Shown here: positions 17,138 to 29,628 of the stretch, one piece after another
Layout: every line of letters starts with the position of its first letter
Numbering within the stretch: the first letter of the stretch is position 1
IMG/VR virus record: IMGVR_UViG_3300032053_000013
Location: 1-64,000 of that record
Direction: 5' to 3' (one strand)
DNA: 64,000 nucleotides
From: a virus
Position numbers and translations under genes: made by a program
Notes under the pieces: generated by a model
Told to the model about the DNA's origin: nothing
What the model saw: only the letters and a program-made list of their open reading frames with translations
Databases searched by the model: none

Positions 17138-17692
17138 ATGCAGCGATACCTGCACAAGATCCTGTTGGCGTCCAACGTCGACGCGGCCGCCCTGAACTCC
17201 CTGGGGAAGGAGGGGTGGTGCCTCACGACCTCGGCGGGGGACCGCCTCTTCCTCGTGAAGATCGTCAACGAGGAGCCGGTCGGGGCGGCCCACGTCTGCT
17301 CGAACTGCGGGTCCTTCGGGGCCCTGAAGGACGTGGAGGGGGTGGGTCGGTGCCCCTCGTGGAACCTTCTCATGGCGGCCGGGGGCACGTGCAGCAAGTG
17401 GAGCCTCCGGGGGGACACCGAGAAGTCGGTCCCCGACGAGGTGAGCGCGTGGCACTGGATGCCGAGGACGGAGGTCGGGGAGAAGCGGATCGAGGCGGTC
17501 ACGAGCCAGGTGGCCGGGATCGCCGCCCCGGAGCACAAGCACAGGGTCATGGTGATCCGCGCCAAGGACGGCTCCGTCGTGAGGGGCAAGACCGACGTGG
17601 TGAACGGGCACGACCACCCCGTCCTGGTCATGGGGATGGTCGAGGAGTCTGACGGGCACACCCACACATTCCTGCTTCCGCAGGAGTCGTGA
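17138..17692 (+). CDS. Hypothetical protein with Cys motif and C-terminal GHxH repeats
   Basis: CSNC...C...C; PEHKHRV, NGHDHPV, DGHTHTF. Confidence 0.75.
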   Translation: MQRYLHKILLASNVDAAALNSLGKEGWCLTTSAGDRLFLVKIVNEEPVGAAHVCSNCGSFGALKDVEGVGRCPSWNLLMAAGGTCSKWSLRGDTEKSVPDEVSAWHWMPRTEVGEKRIEAVTSQVAGIAAPEHKHRVMVIRAKDGSVVRGKTDVVNGHDHPVLVMGMVEESDGHTHTFLLPQES

Positions 17693-17705
17693 AGGAGGGA
17701 GTGAG

Positions 17706-18065
17706 ATGGGCAACTTCACCGGAAGCATGCAGGCCGGTCTCTCGACGAGCGACGGGATCAGCCTCTCGAAGACATCGAACGGGGTGGCCCTCGACGCCAA
17801 GGTCCTGCTCGACGACAACTTCGGGCCCGGGCCGGTGGTGGTGGACCTGGCCCCCCTGATCGCGTCCATCGCGGCCCCGAAGATGTTCCTCCTCCTCTGC
17901 GAGGGGGACGGGGCGCTGGTCGACATCGACAGCGTCGGGCCCTCGACCAAGGCGTTCAAGACGCTGCTCGGGGAGTTCTCCGCCACCCCCACGGGCGTGG
18001 GCGACATCGAGATCACGGCGAACGGGGCCTCGCAGAGGATCAGGTTCCTCTGCATGGGCGACTAA
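17706..18065 (+). CDS. Beta-rich hypothetical virion protein, paralog A
   Basis: AGGAGG RBS; GLSTSDGISLS...LLDDNFG...QRIRFLC.GD shared with next gene. Confidence 0.8.
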   Translation: MGNFTGSMQAGLSTSDGISLSKTSNGVALDAKVLLDDNFGPGPVVVDLAPLIASIAAPKMFLLLCEGDGALVDIDSVGPSTKAFKTLLGEFSATPTGVGDIEITANGASQRIRFLCMGD

Positions 18066-18114
18066 CGCCCGTTCCCTGAAGGCAGTCCGTTTCCCAAAGA
18101 TGGGAGGATCAGAG

Positions 18115-18486
18115 ATGGGAACCTTCACTTCGAGCGGAACGATGGGCCTGTCGACGAGCGACGGGATCTCCCTGTCAAGGGTCGTCAACGGCGACGCCAT
18201 GAACGCGAAGGCGCTGCTCGACGACAACTTCGGGGCCCCGGTGAGCGTCGACCTCGCCCCCCTCTGCGCCAGCATCGCGGACCCGAAGTGGGCGCTGCTG
18301 GTCTGCGACGGCGAGGGGGCGCAGATGAAGTTCGACGGAGCGGTCGCCTTCACGGTGAAGGCGGTCAAGGGGGCGATGTTCCAGTTCACGCCCAACAGCC
18401 CCGGCCCGTCGGGCGTCCTCGACCTGGAGCTCCAGACGAACGGGACCTCGACCCAGAGGATCCGGTTCCTCTGCACGGGCGACTAA
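18115..18486 (+). CDS. Beta-rich hypothetical virion protein, paralog B
   Basis: GGAGG RBS; same motifs as 17706-18065. Confidence 0.8.
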   Translation: MGTFTSSGTMGLSTSDGISLSRVVNGDAMNAKALLDDNFGAPVSVDLAPLCASIADPKWALLVCDGEGAQMKFDGAVAFTVKAVKGAMFQFTPNSPGPSGVLDLELQTNGTSTQRIRFLCTGD

Positions 18487-18505
18487 TGCCGGGCGGTGAT
18501 GGAGC

Positions 18506-19408
18506 ATGCGGACCCCCGAGTCTGCCAGGATGCGGCTCTTCACGGGGGGCCTGCGGTCCGATGAACGGGCCTCAGGCTCCCCGCTTGGTATTGGCCTCCT
18601 CGCCAACATGAGGTCCACCGCGGGGGGCCCCTCGTGGCCTACGGCCGAGCCCAAGGACGCCGACGCCGGGACGTGCGACATGATGTGCCGGTCGCTCCTC
18701 GGGGGCGAGGAGACACTGGTCGAGCCCATCGGGGTGGGGATCCACCGGCCGTACCGGGTGGAGTTCATGACGGGGATGGACTCCGGGCCGGTGACCACGA
18801 GGCGGGCGGCCCTCAAGACGATCCACTGCCAGTACGAGAACAAGAGGTACTGCGAGTCGGTCGACCTGGACGTGACGGGGCCGGAGAGGGAGCTGGTATC
18901 CTTCGAGCTGGACCGCCTGTTCGGGTTCGACCTCGTCCCGCCGACGGTGGGGAGGGAGATCTCCAAGGTCGGGTACGGGAGCGTCCAGGCCTGGGTGGAC
19001 CGCCCGACGGCGTGGAAGTGGATCGACAAGGGGTACGACTACCGGGAGGACAGGACGAACCCGTGGCTGCACCGCCTGGCGGCGTTCGACTTCATCCGGG
19101 GCGAGATCGACCGCCACGCGAACAACTGGATCATGGACGAGCAGCGCCGGGTCTACGCGATCGACAACGGCTACTCCATCGTGAAGGGCGACGACAGGAA
19201 GTGGCTCCGGTCGAGCGCCGGGAAGCACCTGGTGGGGACGCCGGTACACCCGGGGGTCGCGGTGGAGATCAAGGCGATCGACGAGGACGCGGCCTTCGAC
19301 ATCGTGGACAGGAGGCGGTTCAAGAGCGGGGAGGCCGACGGCGTCGTCAAGAGGATCAGGGAGCTGAAGGGCCTGACGGAATGGCGGAAGCTCGGCGAGA
19401 AGTGGTAG
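18506..19408 (+). CDS. HipA/PI3K-PI4K-like kinase
   Basis: ERELVSFELDRLFGFDLVPPT, GSVQAW, FDFIRGEIDRHANNW (catalytic DRH..N), AIDNG (Mg-binding). Start uncertain. Confidence 0.8.
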   Translation: MRTPESARMRLFTGGLRSDERASGSPLGIGLLANMRSTAGGPSWPTAEPKDADAGTCDMMCRSLLGGEETLVEPIGVGIHRPYRVEFMTGMDSGPVTTRRAALKTIHCQYENKRYCESVDLDVTGPERELVSFELDRLFGFDLVPPTVGREISKVGYGSVQAWVDRPTAWKWIDKGYDYREDRTNPWLHRLAAFDFIRGEIDRHANNWIMDEQRRVYAIDNGYSIVKGDDRKWLRSSAGKHLVGTPVHPGVAVEIKAIDEDAAFDIVDRRRFKSGEADGVVKRIRELKGLTEWRKLGEKW

Positions 19409-19992
19409 GGCGGAAGAGGCCCGTGGTGGCCGTCGACCTGGACGGAACGGTCCTGTCCGAGGACGACGAGTCGCCCCTCCCAGGCGCCACGGAGGCCCTG
19501 CGGTACCTGATGAAGGCCGGGTGGCGGGTCGTCGTCTGGACCCACAGGTCCGACCTCGGGGAGGTCAGGCGGCTGCTCGAGAAGAACAGGATCCCGTTCG
19601 ACCACATCAACGAGGACCCGGAGACGGACGCCGAGGGGTACTCCAGGAAGGTCTTCTTCGACGCGACGGTGGACGACAAGGCGGTCCCGTTCGCCGGGAA
19701 CTGGGCGGCCACCGTGGAGGAGCTCGAGGGGAGGAGGAGGGGGCTGGGGCTCGGGGGGGAGGCGAAGGTGCGGATCATGTCCGCGGGGTCGGAGGAGCCG
19801 GTCGCCGTGTTCTCCCTGCGGGGCGGGGTGGCGGTGGAGGAAACTGGCACGACGAGCAGGGTCGTCTTGGGTATGATGAAGGACGGCATCATGTCGGAGG
19901 ACGGTAAGGTGGTTCGCCCCGGCGACGGGGAGATGTTCCTGAAGGCGCTCTCGGCCGTTCGAGGCACGTACCTCTGGGCCGAGGCACATTGA
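19402..19992 (+). CDS. HAD-superfamily hydrolase (capless type) with C-terminal extension
   Basis: VAVDLDGTV (motif I), VVWTHR (II), K...ATVDDKA (III/IV); overlaps kinase stop. Confidence 0.8.
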   Translation: MVGRKRPVVAVDLDGTVLSEDDESPLPGATEALRYLMKAGWRVVVWTHRSDLGEVRRLLEKNRIPFDHINEDPETDAEGYSRKVFFDATVDDKAVPFAGNWAATVEELEGRRRGLGLGGEAKVRIMSAGSEEPVAVFSLRGGVAVEETGTTSRVVLGMMKDGIMSEDGKVVRPGDGEMFLKALSAVRGTYLWAEAH

Positions 19993-20008
19993 GCAAGAGG
20001 AGGTCACC

Positions 20009-20254
20009 ATGCCTGCTGGCGGCGGCGATCCGAAGGTCATCGGGGACGGGAACGTCGTGAAGATCCGTCCCGAGTTCACCCGGGGCAACTGCGACGTGTG
20101 GGACCTGCGCGACGTGGTCGTGGCGCTGCTCGAGGAGCGCGAGGATCTCCGGGCGGCGGTCGCGGCGAACATGAACTACGCCGACTTCCAGACGGCGGTC
20201 GCGGCCCTGCCCCGCTGGGTGCAGATCATCGACTCCCTCAACAACAACCCGTAG
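20009..20254 (+). CDS. Small hypothetical protein
   Basis: GGAGG RBS. Confidence 0.7.
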   Translation: MPAGGGDPKVIGDGNVVKIRPEFTRGNCDVWDLRDVVVALLEEREDLRAAVAANMNYADFQTAVAALPRWVQIIDSLNNNP

Positions 20255-20280
20255 CACGGGGGCGTCGGGGGGAGGCCGAG

Positions 20281-23218
<2,938 letters not shown>

Positions 23219-23219
<1 letters not shown>

Positions 23220-24259
23220 TGGCAAGAAGTATCATCTTCGTGAACGACAGCGGCTCTCCTTGGAACCTTATGAGGTTCGGGGGAATCGTCGTTCCCGCCA
23301 CGGGAATCTACAACGCGACCGAGGTGGTTACAGATGACGAGCTGATCAACGCGATCCAGAAGGGGCTGGGGGCGGAGTTCGACTCGACTCACTACCTCAG
23401 GATCAATGGGGTCGACAAAACCGCTGCGGAGTCTCAGGGTTATGGGTCGCCGGATCAGCCGGGAGGGTACCCAACCCTCAACTCCTCGACGAATATCACG
23501 GACGGCCAGCATGGAAGCAGGGGTGGGGGATCTCTCCATACGGTAGCCGTGGCCGGTGTCTCGCCCGGTTTCCTCGGGGCCGATGACAAGACCAAGCTGG
23601 ACGCGACAGGGGTTTTGACCAGTACGGCTCCGGTCAATGTTACGAAAGCCACCGCTGACAAGGGAGTGTCGATAGAGGCTTCGCGGCAGGATCACAAGCA
23701 CGACATCACCACGGCAGCGGCGGTGGAGCTCACGGATTCGACTAACGCTGAGGGTGGCGCGACATCACTGGCCCGCTCGAACCATACGCACGGCCACGGG
23801 AACAGGGGCGGGGGAAGCCTTCATGCCGCAGCCACGGGGTCTGTCAACGGCTTCATGTCGGCGGCGGACAAGGCGAAGATGGACACGGTCGTTGCCGGAG
23901 CTCGCCCACAGATCTCGGTGTCGATGGGCGACAGCAACGGTCCTGGGGTGAACACGTCCAGCCAAACCCCGACGATCATTCGCTACGCCATCTACCGTGG
24001 GACGGGGGCATGGACTCCAACCTCGTTCAAGATCATCGCACAAACGTCGAACACGCAGCTCGGGTACTGCGACCTCTACGACGTGACCAACGGCAACGTC
24101 CTCGCGACGCTCTCGTTCTCGGGGAACACCGTGCAGTTGATCTCGGGAACGACCTTCGCAAACCTCCCCGCTGGGGAGGTGATGCTCGCTATCCGGGCAT
24201 ATCGCGGCGGTAGCGCGACCACCGTTTCGATCTATTTCGCATTGATGACTTCCAACTGA
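23219..24259 (+). CDS. Fibre-like protein with His-containing repeats
   Basis: HGxRGGGSLH...GF(L/M)(G/S)A.DK.K(L/M)D twice; DHKH, NHTH motifs typical of phage fibre shafts. Confidence 0.7.
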
Positions 24260-24274
24260 TAGAGGGGCAGACCG

Positions 24275-25081
24275 ATGATTCTTCACAAGTACTATATGTA
24301 CTGCGACGACTGCGACTCGGCGAGGTACACGGAATTCAAGCCCGAGGAAGAGGGTCTGCCTACGGTCTGCCCCTACAACGCGGCCCACACGAACATCCGA
24401 GATGTCTCCATCGTGGCGACGGAGACCACAGACCCCATGCCGGTCAGGATCCAGGACGTGGAAGACCTCGATCCGACTCTCGCCAGGTCGAAGGTCAAGG
24501 GGATCAACTTCGACGCCCCGGCGGGGTGGACGAAGCATGGGGTGTCGTTCCCGTACCAGACCAACATCCTGTGCGGCAAGGGCTATGGGGGGTTCTGCGA
24601 GGACGGGGACATCGTCGAGTTCTCCATCGACCCCCAGCAAGTCGGGGCGATGACCGCCCCAGCAGTTCAGGGTGCCAAGGTCCTCAACGTCTACCTCCCC
24701 GACGAGGCGTGGGCGGTGCTTCTGAGGGGCATGTGGCTCCAGTTCGACCGGAACCCTGGAGCGGAGCCTGCGCCCGACTCCACGCATCCCGGCGATGACG
24801 AGTACGAGATCGCGGACTTCGACTCCGTGGCCGGGACGATCACCCTGCGGACGGGGCTGGCGACGGCCCTCTCCGGCGGGGACGCGGTGTTCATGGTCGT
24901 GAAGTACGCGGAGGACATCGAGATCCAGAACAAGGAGCTGGTGGATGTCGGTGCGGACACCGCTGGTTCCGCGTCCCTCCCCGCGAACGCGGTATTCAAC
25001 GTGTGGTTCTACAACGCTGGGCTCGCGCAGAAGCGGGTGAGGTTCCGCCTCTCCTTCAAGTACGGCCCGGTGGCGCAGTGA
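24275..25081 (+). CDS. Hypothetical virion protein
   Basis: ORF within the fibre island; beta-barrel module APAVQGAKVLNV...TITLRTGLATALSGGD. Confidence 0.7.
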   Translation: MILHKYYMYCDDCDSARYTEFKPEEEGLPTVCPYNAAHTNIRDVSIVATETTDPMPVRIQDVEDLDPTLARSKVKGINFDAPAGWTKHGVSFPYQTNILCGKGYGGFCEDGDIVEFSIDPQQVGAMTAPAVQGAKVLNVYLPDEAWAVLLRGMWLQFDRNPGAEPAPDSTHPGDDEYEIADFDSVAGTITLRTGLATALSGGDAVFMVVKYAEDIEIQNKELVDVGADTAGSASLPANAVFNVWFYNAGLAQKRVRFRLSFKYGPVAQ

Positions 25082-25125
25082 CGGGGCGTAGGTTACGCCC
25101 TACAACGTCCGAGTGAGAGGACGGC

Positions 25126-26952
25126 ATGAGCAACGTCATGTTGCACGTTCACCCCTGTTGCCTCGATCGAGGCTCGGTACCCTTCTTCGTTGTGGAAATG
25201 TCCGCCGCCTTCCCGCAGTTCTTCCATACTTTCCTTTGCCTCGAAGACCGGGAGGATCGGGGCGCGGTTCAGATGCTCAACGACGCGGGGATTCGGGTCT
25301 TCCACGGCCCCCTGACCAGGGAGGTTGTCGAGTCCATCGACCCCTCCATCGTCGTTCTGCATGATGTCGGAGGCGACGCGGCGGAGGGCAAGCCCCCGTG
25401 GGGCTGGCTGCGGAGGTGGCCGACGATCAGTTGGCACCACAGCGCGGTCAGGCCGACGATCCCATGCGACCTCCATGTCTTCGCATCCGAGGCCGTGAGG
25501 GGCCGCTACGAGAACCTCGTCAAGAGCGGCTTCGTCTCACGGTGGGCTACCATCCCGGTCGACGTCCACGACACGGCGGGGCCGTGGTTCCACAGGAAGA
25601 CGGACGCCGGGAACATCTCGGCGGTGAGGGACGGGCTTTCGCCGTGGGTCATCGGCACCATCCTGAACTCGGCCTCCTTCCCCGCTATTCCCTCCAGGGA
25701 ATCTGTTCTGTCGTCCGTATGGGATGGACGCAGACCGTCCCTGCCGATGGGGGTGGTCGTCGGGTGCGGAAGTGAACAGGAATGGATGCTTCCATGGTGG
25801 TGGGAGCACTACTCCAGGCACAACCCCCTGCCTGTTCTGTTCATCGACATGGGCTTTGGCGAGAAGGCCATGACCGACCGGGCGCGGGAGTGGTGCGCGA
25901 GCAAGGGAATCTTGGGGGAGCTGCATGTCCCCATGGATGGGTGGTTCCAGAAGCCATTCGCCCTCGCTCAGACCATATTCGAGGAGAGCGTCTGGACAGA
26001 TGTGGATGTAGAGATCCGGGGGTCACTGGACCCCATCTTCCACCAATGCAAGCACGGCCTCGCGGCGGCAGAAGACCCCTACTATCGCTTCAGCAAGGGT
26101 CCGGTATCCCTCAACTCTGGCGTCCTGGCCTTCAAGTTCGGGAACAAGATGATCTCCGAATGGTGCTCGACGATTTCACGGGAAGGGAAGAACTACCGGG
26201 ACGACCAAGTCATCCTCAATGTCCTGGCGCACCGGAACCCCGGCAGCGTGGGCTTCATGCCCAGGGAGTTCAACTGGCTCCGCCTCGACGGGGACGCCAA
26301 CCCCGATGCTGTATGCGTCCATTGGACGGGCGGCAGGGGCAAGGAGATCATCAGGGCCAAGATGGACGGGAAGTACCTCCGGGAGCACTTCATCGCGGAT
26401 CTTGCCAACACCCTTGGGTGGAAGTCTGGTCTGGAGATCGGAACTTGGAGAGGGCGGACCTTCCTCTACCTTTTGAAGACATGCCCCAAGTTGACCATGA
26501 CCACCATCGACCTCTGGGAGCCCCAGCCCGATAACCATGGGCCGGAGAAGTACACGCTGGAAGAGGGTGAGCGGTGGGATCACGTGAAGAACGAGGAGTT
26601 CGTCCGATCCGAGGCCGCGAAGTATGGGGCGCGGGCGGTGATCCTCAAGGGCAACAGCCGAGAGATTGTCCCGATTCTGGACGGAGGATTCGACTTCGCT
26701 TTTGTGGATGGGGACCACGGATCCGAGGCGGTAGAGGCCGATATCCGAAACGCTCTGTGGAAGTTGAATCTCAATGGGATTTTGTTTGGGCACGACATCA
26801 ACTGGCCGTCGGTCAAGACGGTGGTGACGAAGATGTTCCCGAGATTCCTGTTGGGACCGGACAACGTCTGGTACGTTCGGGTCAGGGATGTCTTCGGACC
26901 CCAGGGATGCCCGGTTGGAGCCGCCGGTGTTGACGGCCCCGCTGTGGCGTGA
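25126..26952 (+). CDS. Fusion of truncated GT4-like N-domain, GT-A (DxD) glycosyltransferase and Methyltransf_24-like methyltransferase
   Basis: PSIVVLHD...SWHHS...VFASEAVR; QKPFAL...WTDVD...LNSGV...DDQVILN...EFNWL...VHWTG; LEIGTWRG...IDLW...KGNS...FDFAFVDGDH...GILFGHD. Confidence 0.8.
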   Translation: MSNVMLHVHPCCLDRGSVPFFVVEMSAAFPQFFHTFLCLEDREDRGAVQMLNDAGIRVFHGPLTREVVESIDPSIVVLHDVGGDAAEGKPPWGWLRRWPTISWHHSAVRPTIPCDLHVFASEAVRGRYENLVKSGFVSRWATIPVDVHDTAGPWFHRKTDAGNISAVRDGLSPWVIGTILNSASFPAIPSRESVLSSVWDGRRPSLPMGVVVGCGSEQEWMLPWWWEHYSRHNPLPVLFIDMGFGEKAMTDRAREWCASKGILGELHVPMDGWFQKPFALAQTIFEESVWTDVDVEIRGSLDPIFHQCKHGLAAAEDPYYRFSKGPVSLNSGVLAFKFGNKMISEWCSTISREGKNYRDDQVILNVLAHRNPGSVGFMPREFNWLRLDGDANPDAVCVHWTGGRGKEIIRAKMDGKYLREHFIADLANTLGWKSGLEIGTWRGRTFLYLLKTCPKLTMTTIDLWEPQPDNHGPEKYTLEEGERWDHVKNEEFVRSEAAKYGARAVILKGNSREIVPILDGGFDFAFVDGDHGSEAVEADIRNALWKLNLNGILFGHDINWPSVKTVVTKMFPRFLLGPDNVWYVRVRDVFGPQGCPVGAAGVDGPAVA

Positions 26953-26961
26953 GGGAGAGAC

Positions 26962-27732
26962 ATGTTTTACCGATTCGGGAAGAACGACGTTCGGCTGGCG
27001 ATAGACATCGACGATCTGTTCCTGGGAGAGGAGTGCGTCATCGCAGGGGGAGCCCCTTCGCTCGCGGACTTCGCGGCGAAGGCGATCGGCCTGCGGGTGC
27101 GCGTTCCTGTGCTCGCGATCAACAACGCGGCCACGGTCATCCGGTCGACCATGTGGGTAGGCGGGGACAAGCCCGTATGCTATGATCCGAGCATCTTGAT
27201 TGACCCGACGATCATGAAGTTCGGTATCATCAGCAGGCGGAAGTTCGAGGTTCTCGAACGCCCCTGGCAGGAGTGGCCTAACACGTTCTTCTTCGGGACC
27301 AAGGAAGGATTCAATTCATCCAACCTACTGAACCGAGACCGAGACCTGGTGTGGTGGAAGAACACCTTCTTCATCGCCCTCCAGCTCGCGTACAGGCTGG
27401 GGTTCCGAACGGTGTACCTGGCCGGGTGCGGGTTCAAGATGTCCAAGGAGCAGCAATACGCGTGGGAGACGAACTTGGACGACGGCGAGGTGAGCCAGAA
27501 CCGGAGGCTGTACGGGGATTCGGTGCGGCAGTTGAAGGGTCTCCTCCCCCATTTCCAAGAGAGGGGTCTCCGGGTGGTCAGCGCAACGCCCGAGTCCCTT
27601 GCGAACGAGTTCCTGCCATACGAGAGCGCGGACACGGTCTTGAAGCGATTCGAGGATCGGTATCCGAAGGTCGATACCAAGGTTCTACCCCACAGTTCCA
27701 AGGTGACAGACGTGAAGGCCAGTTTAGGTTAG
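26962..27732 (+). CDS. Maf/DUF115/CstII-like glycosyltransferase
   Basis: CVIAGGAPSL...VLAINNA...NTFFIALQLAYRLGFRTVYLAGCGF pattern. Confidence 0.75.
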   Translation: MFYRFGKNDVRLAIDIDDLFLGEECVIAGGAPSLADFAAKAIGLRVRVPVLAINNAATVIRSTMWVGGDKPVCYDPSILIDPTIMKFGIISRRKFEVLERPWQEWPNTFFFGTKEGFNSSNLLNRDRDLVWWKNTFFIALQLAYRLGFRTVYLAGCGFKMSKEQQYAWETNLDDGEVSQNRRLYGDSVRQLKGLLPHFQERGLRVVSATPESLANEFLPYESADTVLKRFEDRYPKVDTKVLPHSSKVTDVKASLG

Positions 27733-27767
27733 ATAACTTGTTATCCATCTACCCGCTGCGGTAGAAT
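27732..27767 (+). promoter_or_regulatory. Putative promoter TTGTTA-N18-TAGAAT with GATAAC-TT-GTTATC palindrome over the -35
   Basis: AT-rich intergenic patch. Confidence 0.5.
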
Positions 27768-27789
27768 TGGAGAAGATTCGGAGGGCGAG

Positions 27790-28110
27790 ATGGCAGCGAA
27801 AGAGATGCGGTTGACGAGGGAGGAAATTCTGGGAGAGCTCCAACGCATCCACCGCCTCTTCGACGCATGGGTGGAGATGGAAAGCAATGGGTCAGGAAGA
27901 CATTCTGAAGCAGATTTTGGAGGCGTTGAGGCGTCTGGAGCGGGGTCTTCCCCAGGACGATCCTCAATCCCGATCTGCTTCTTCACGACCGGTAGACCCC
28001 CGGGTAACGGAACAGTTTCCGAAGATCGAGCTGGCGATCAAGGCGGAGATCGAGAGGCATTCCGAAAAGTGCGCTACGGCCACGAAGGAAAGAACGGCGG
28101 ACAGGATTAA
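27790..28110 (+). CDS. Possible small protein overlapping the next gene by 224 nt
   Basis: GGAGGG RBS; only the first ~33 aa look protein-like. Confidence 0.3.
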   Translation: MAAKEMRLTREEILGELQRIHRLFDAWVEMESNGSGRHSEADFGGVEASGAGSSPGRSSIPICFFTTGRPPGNGTVSEDRAGDQGGDREAFRKVRYGHEGKNGGQD

Positions 28111-28453
28111 CCCCCTGATCGAGAGCATCAAGACGATTGAGGGAAGGCTTGTTGAACTGAAGAAGGACTTGGGCATCAAGATCAACGGGGTGAGGGACGA
28201 CGCGACCAAGACTGCCACCGGTTCCGTTTCTTCTATCACGGAGAAGGTCGATACCCTCATGGAAGCCATGATCGGTACGGACAAGGAGCCGGGCTTATCG
28301 GAGAAGGTCAGAGATCTGGGGCAGTGGGTGGAGGCGGAGGAGAAGCGGAGGGAGAACGAGAAGGAGAAGTCAAGGTTCAACATCGGAACCTGGCTCACGG
28401 TCATCGGGATCTTGGTGGCGATTGGATTGGGTCTCTGGGCCGGTCTTAAGTAG
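27887..28453 (+). CDS. Coiled-coil protein with C-terminal transmembrane helix (holin/XhlA-like candidate)
   Basis: Heptad-rich body; FNIGTWLTVIGILVAIGLGLWAGLK C-terminus. Confidence 0.7.
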   Translation: MGQEDILKQILEALRRLERGLPQDDPQSRSASSRPVDPRVTEQFPKIELAIKAEIERHSEKCATATKERTADRINPLIESIKTIEGRLVELKKDLGIKINGVRDDATKTATGSVSSITEKVDTLMEAMIGTDKEPGLSEKVRDLGQWVEAEEKRRENEKEKSRFNIGTWLTVIGILVAIGLGLWAGLK

Positions 28454-28460
28454 GTGAAGC

Positions 28461-29096
28461 ATGGCTGGAGTAGACCCCGCTTTCGTCGGAAGTGTCTTCA
28501 ACGCCCTCCCCCTCGACCGGATGATCACCATCCCCTTGATGGCGATGGTGCAGGCCCAGGTCCAGGCGAGCAAAGCCTACGTGGACTTCCTCCTGGCCGT
28601 CTGCATCAAGGACGGGAAGGCCGTCGCGGTCCAGTTCGACTACGACGAGACCCTGACCGACGCGCAGGGGAACATCACGGGGGTCGCGAAGCGGACGATC
28701 CGGGTGCCCCTCATGGCGGCCGTGGTCCACCCCTGCATCTGCATCGAGGAGGGGACCATCGACTTCGAGCTGACGGTCTCCCAGGCGGAGGAGGAGAAGT
28801 CCGCGACGGCCGGGGAGGCGACCCTCGAAGCCACGGTGGGGTGGGGGCCGTTCAAGGTGAGCGTCCACGGGTCCCTCTCCCACAAGAGCGAGCAGACCCG
28901 GAAGACCGACACGCGGGCCAAGTACACCATCCACATCACGGCCAAGCGCCAGCCCGCGCCAGAGGGCCTCCAGAGGGTGATCGACCACCTGGTGGACGCG
29001 GCGACGAGGCCGGGGACCCTGCCCGCGAACGCGGAGCCCAAGAAGCCGGAGAGCCTCGTGAACGAGGTCCCCCCGCCGGAGGCTCCGAAGCCGTAG
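28461..29096 (+). CDS. DUF2589-like protein A
   Basis: LPLDRMITIPLMAMVQAQ...VPL.A.V.HP.I.IEE.TIDFEL.V...GWGPF.VSVHGSLS....TRKTDTRAKY.IHI.A....PEGL.RVID.L. Confidence 0.75.
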   Translation: MAGVDPAFVGSVFNALPLDRMITIPLMAMVQAQVQASKAYVDFLLAVCIKDGKAVAVQFDYDETLTDAQGNITGVAKRTIRVPLMAAVVHPCICIEEGTIDFELTVSQAEEEKSATAGEATLEATVGWGPFKVSVHGSLSHKSEQTRKTDTRAKYTIHITAKRQPAPEGLQRVIDHLVDAATRPGTLPANAEPKKPESLVNEVPPPEAPKP

Positions 29097-29106
29097 AAGG
29101 TGATCC

Positions 29107-29628
29107 TTGGGGATCTTCGACTGGTTCAAGGGGGAGCCCGCCCGCAGGCACAACCTGACGGACATCACCCGTGGGATGCAGCACGCCGCGAGCACCACGA
29201 CGGCGATGCTGGGCGAGCAGTTCCTGCACCTCATCAACCAGTACTTCGACAAGGAGAGGGACGGCACCCTCCGGGCCAAGGTCGCGAAGATCGAGGTGTC
29301 GCCGGGCCAGGAGATCCAGGTCCCCCTCATATCCCTCGTCCAGCCAAGCGCGATCGTCCTCAAGAAGCTCCGCCTCCGCATGTCGGTGAGGATCGAGGAC
29401 GCCGAGGTCAAGATGGCGGCGAGGGACCTGATGGGAAACTCCGAGGCGACCCGCCTCTCCTTCAAGGTGAGCATGGCCCCGCAGACGGGGTTCCTGGGAA
29501 GGCGCTCCGACATCACGGACATCGAGATGACGTTCGAGGGTGTCGACGCCCCCGAGGGCATCATGCGCCTGATCGAGGAGCACACGAACTCCATCGTCCC
29601 GAGGAGGAAGTCGGAGGCCAAGCCGTGA
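29107..29628 (+). CDS. DUF2589-like protein B
   Basis: LTDITRGMQHAA...INQYFD...VPLISLVQP..I.L....PEGIMRLIE. Confidence 0.7.
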   Translation: MGIFDWFKGEPARRHNLTDITRGMQHAASTTTAMLGEQFLHLINQYFDKERDGTLRAKVAKIEVSPGQEIQVPLISLVQPSAIVLKKLRLRMSVRIEDAEVKMAARDLMGNSEATRLSFKVSMAPQTGFLGRRSDITDIEMTFEGVDAPEGIMRLIEEHTNSIVPRRKSEAKP

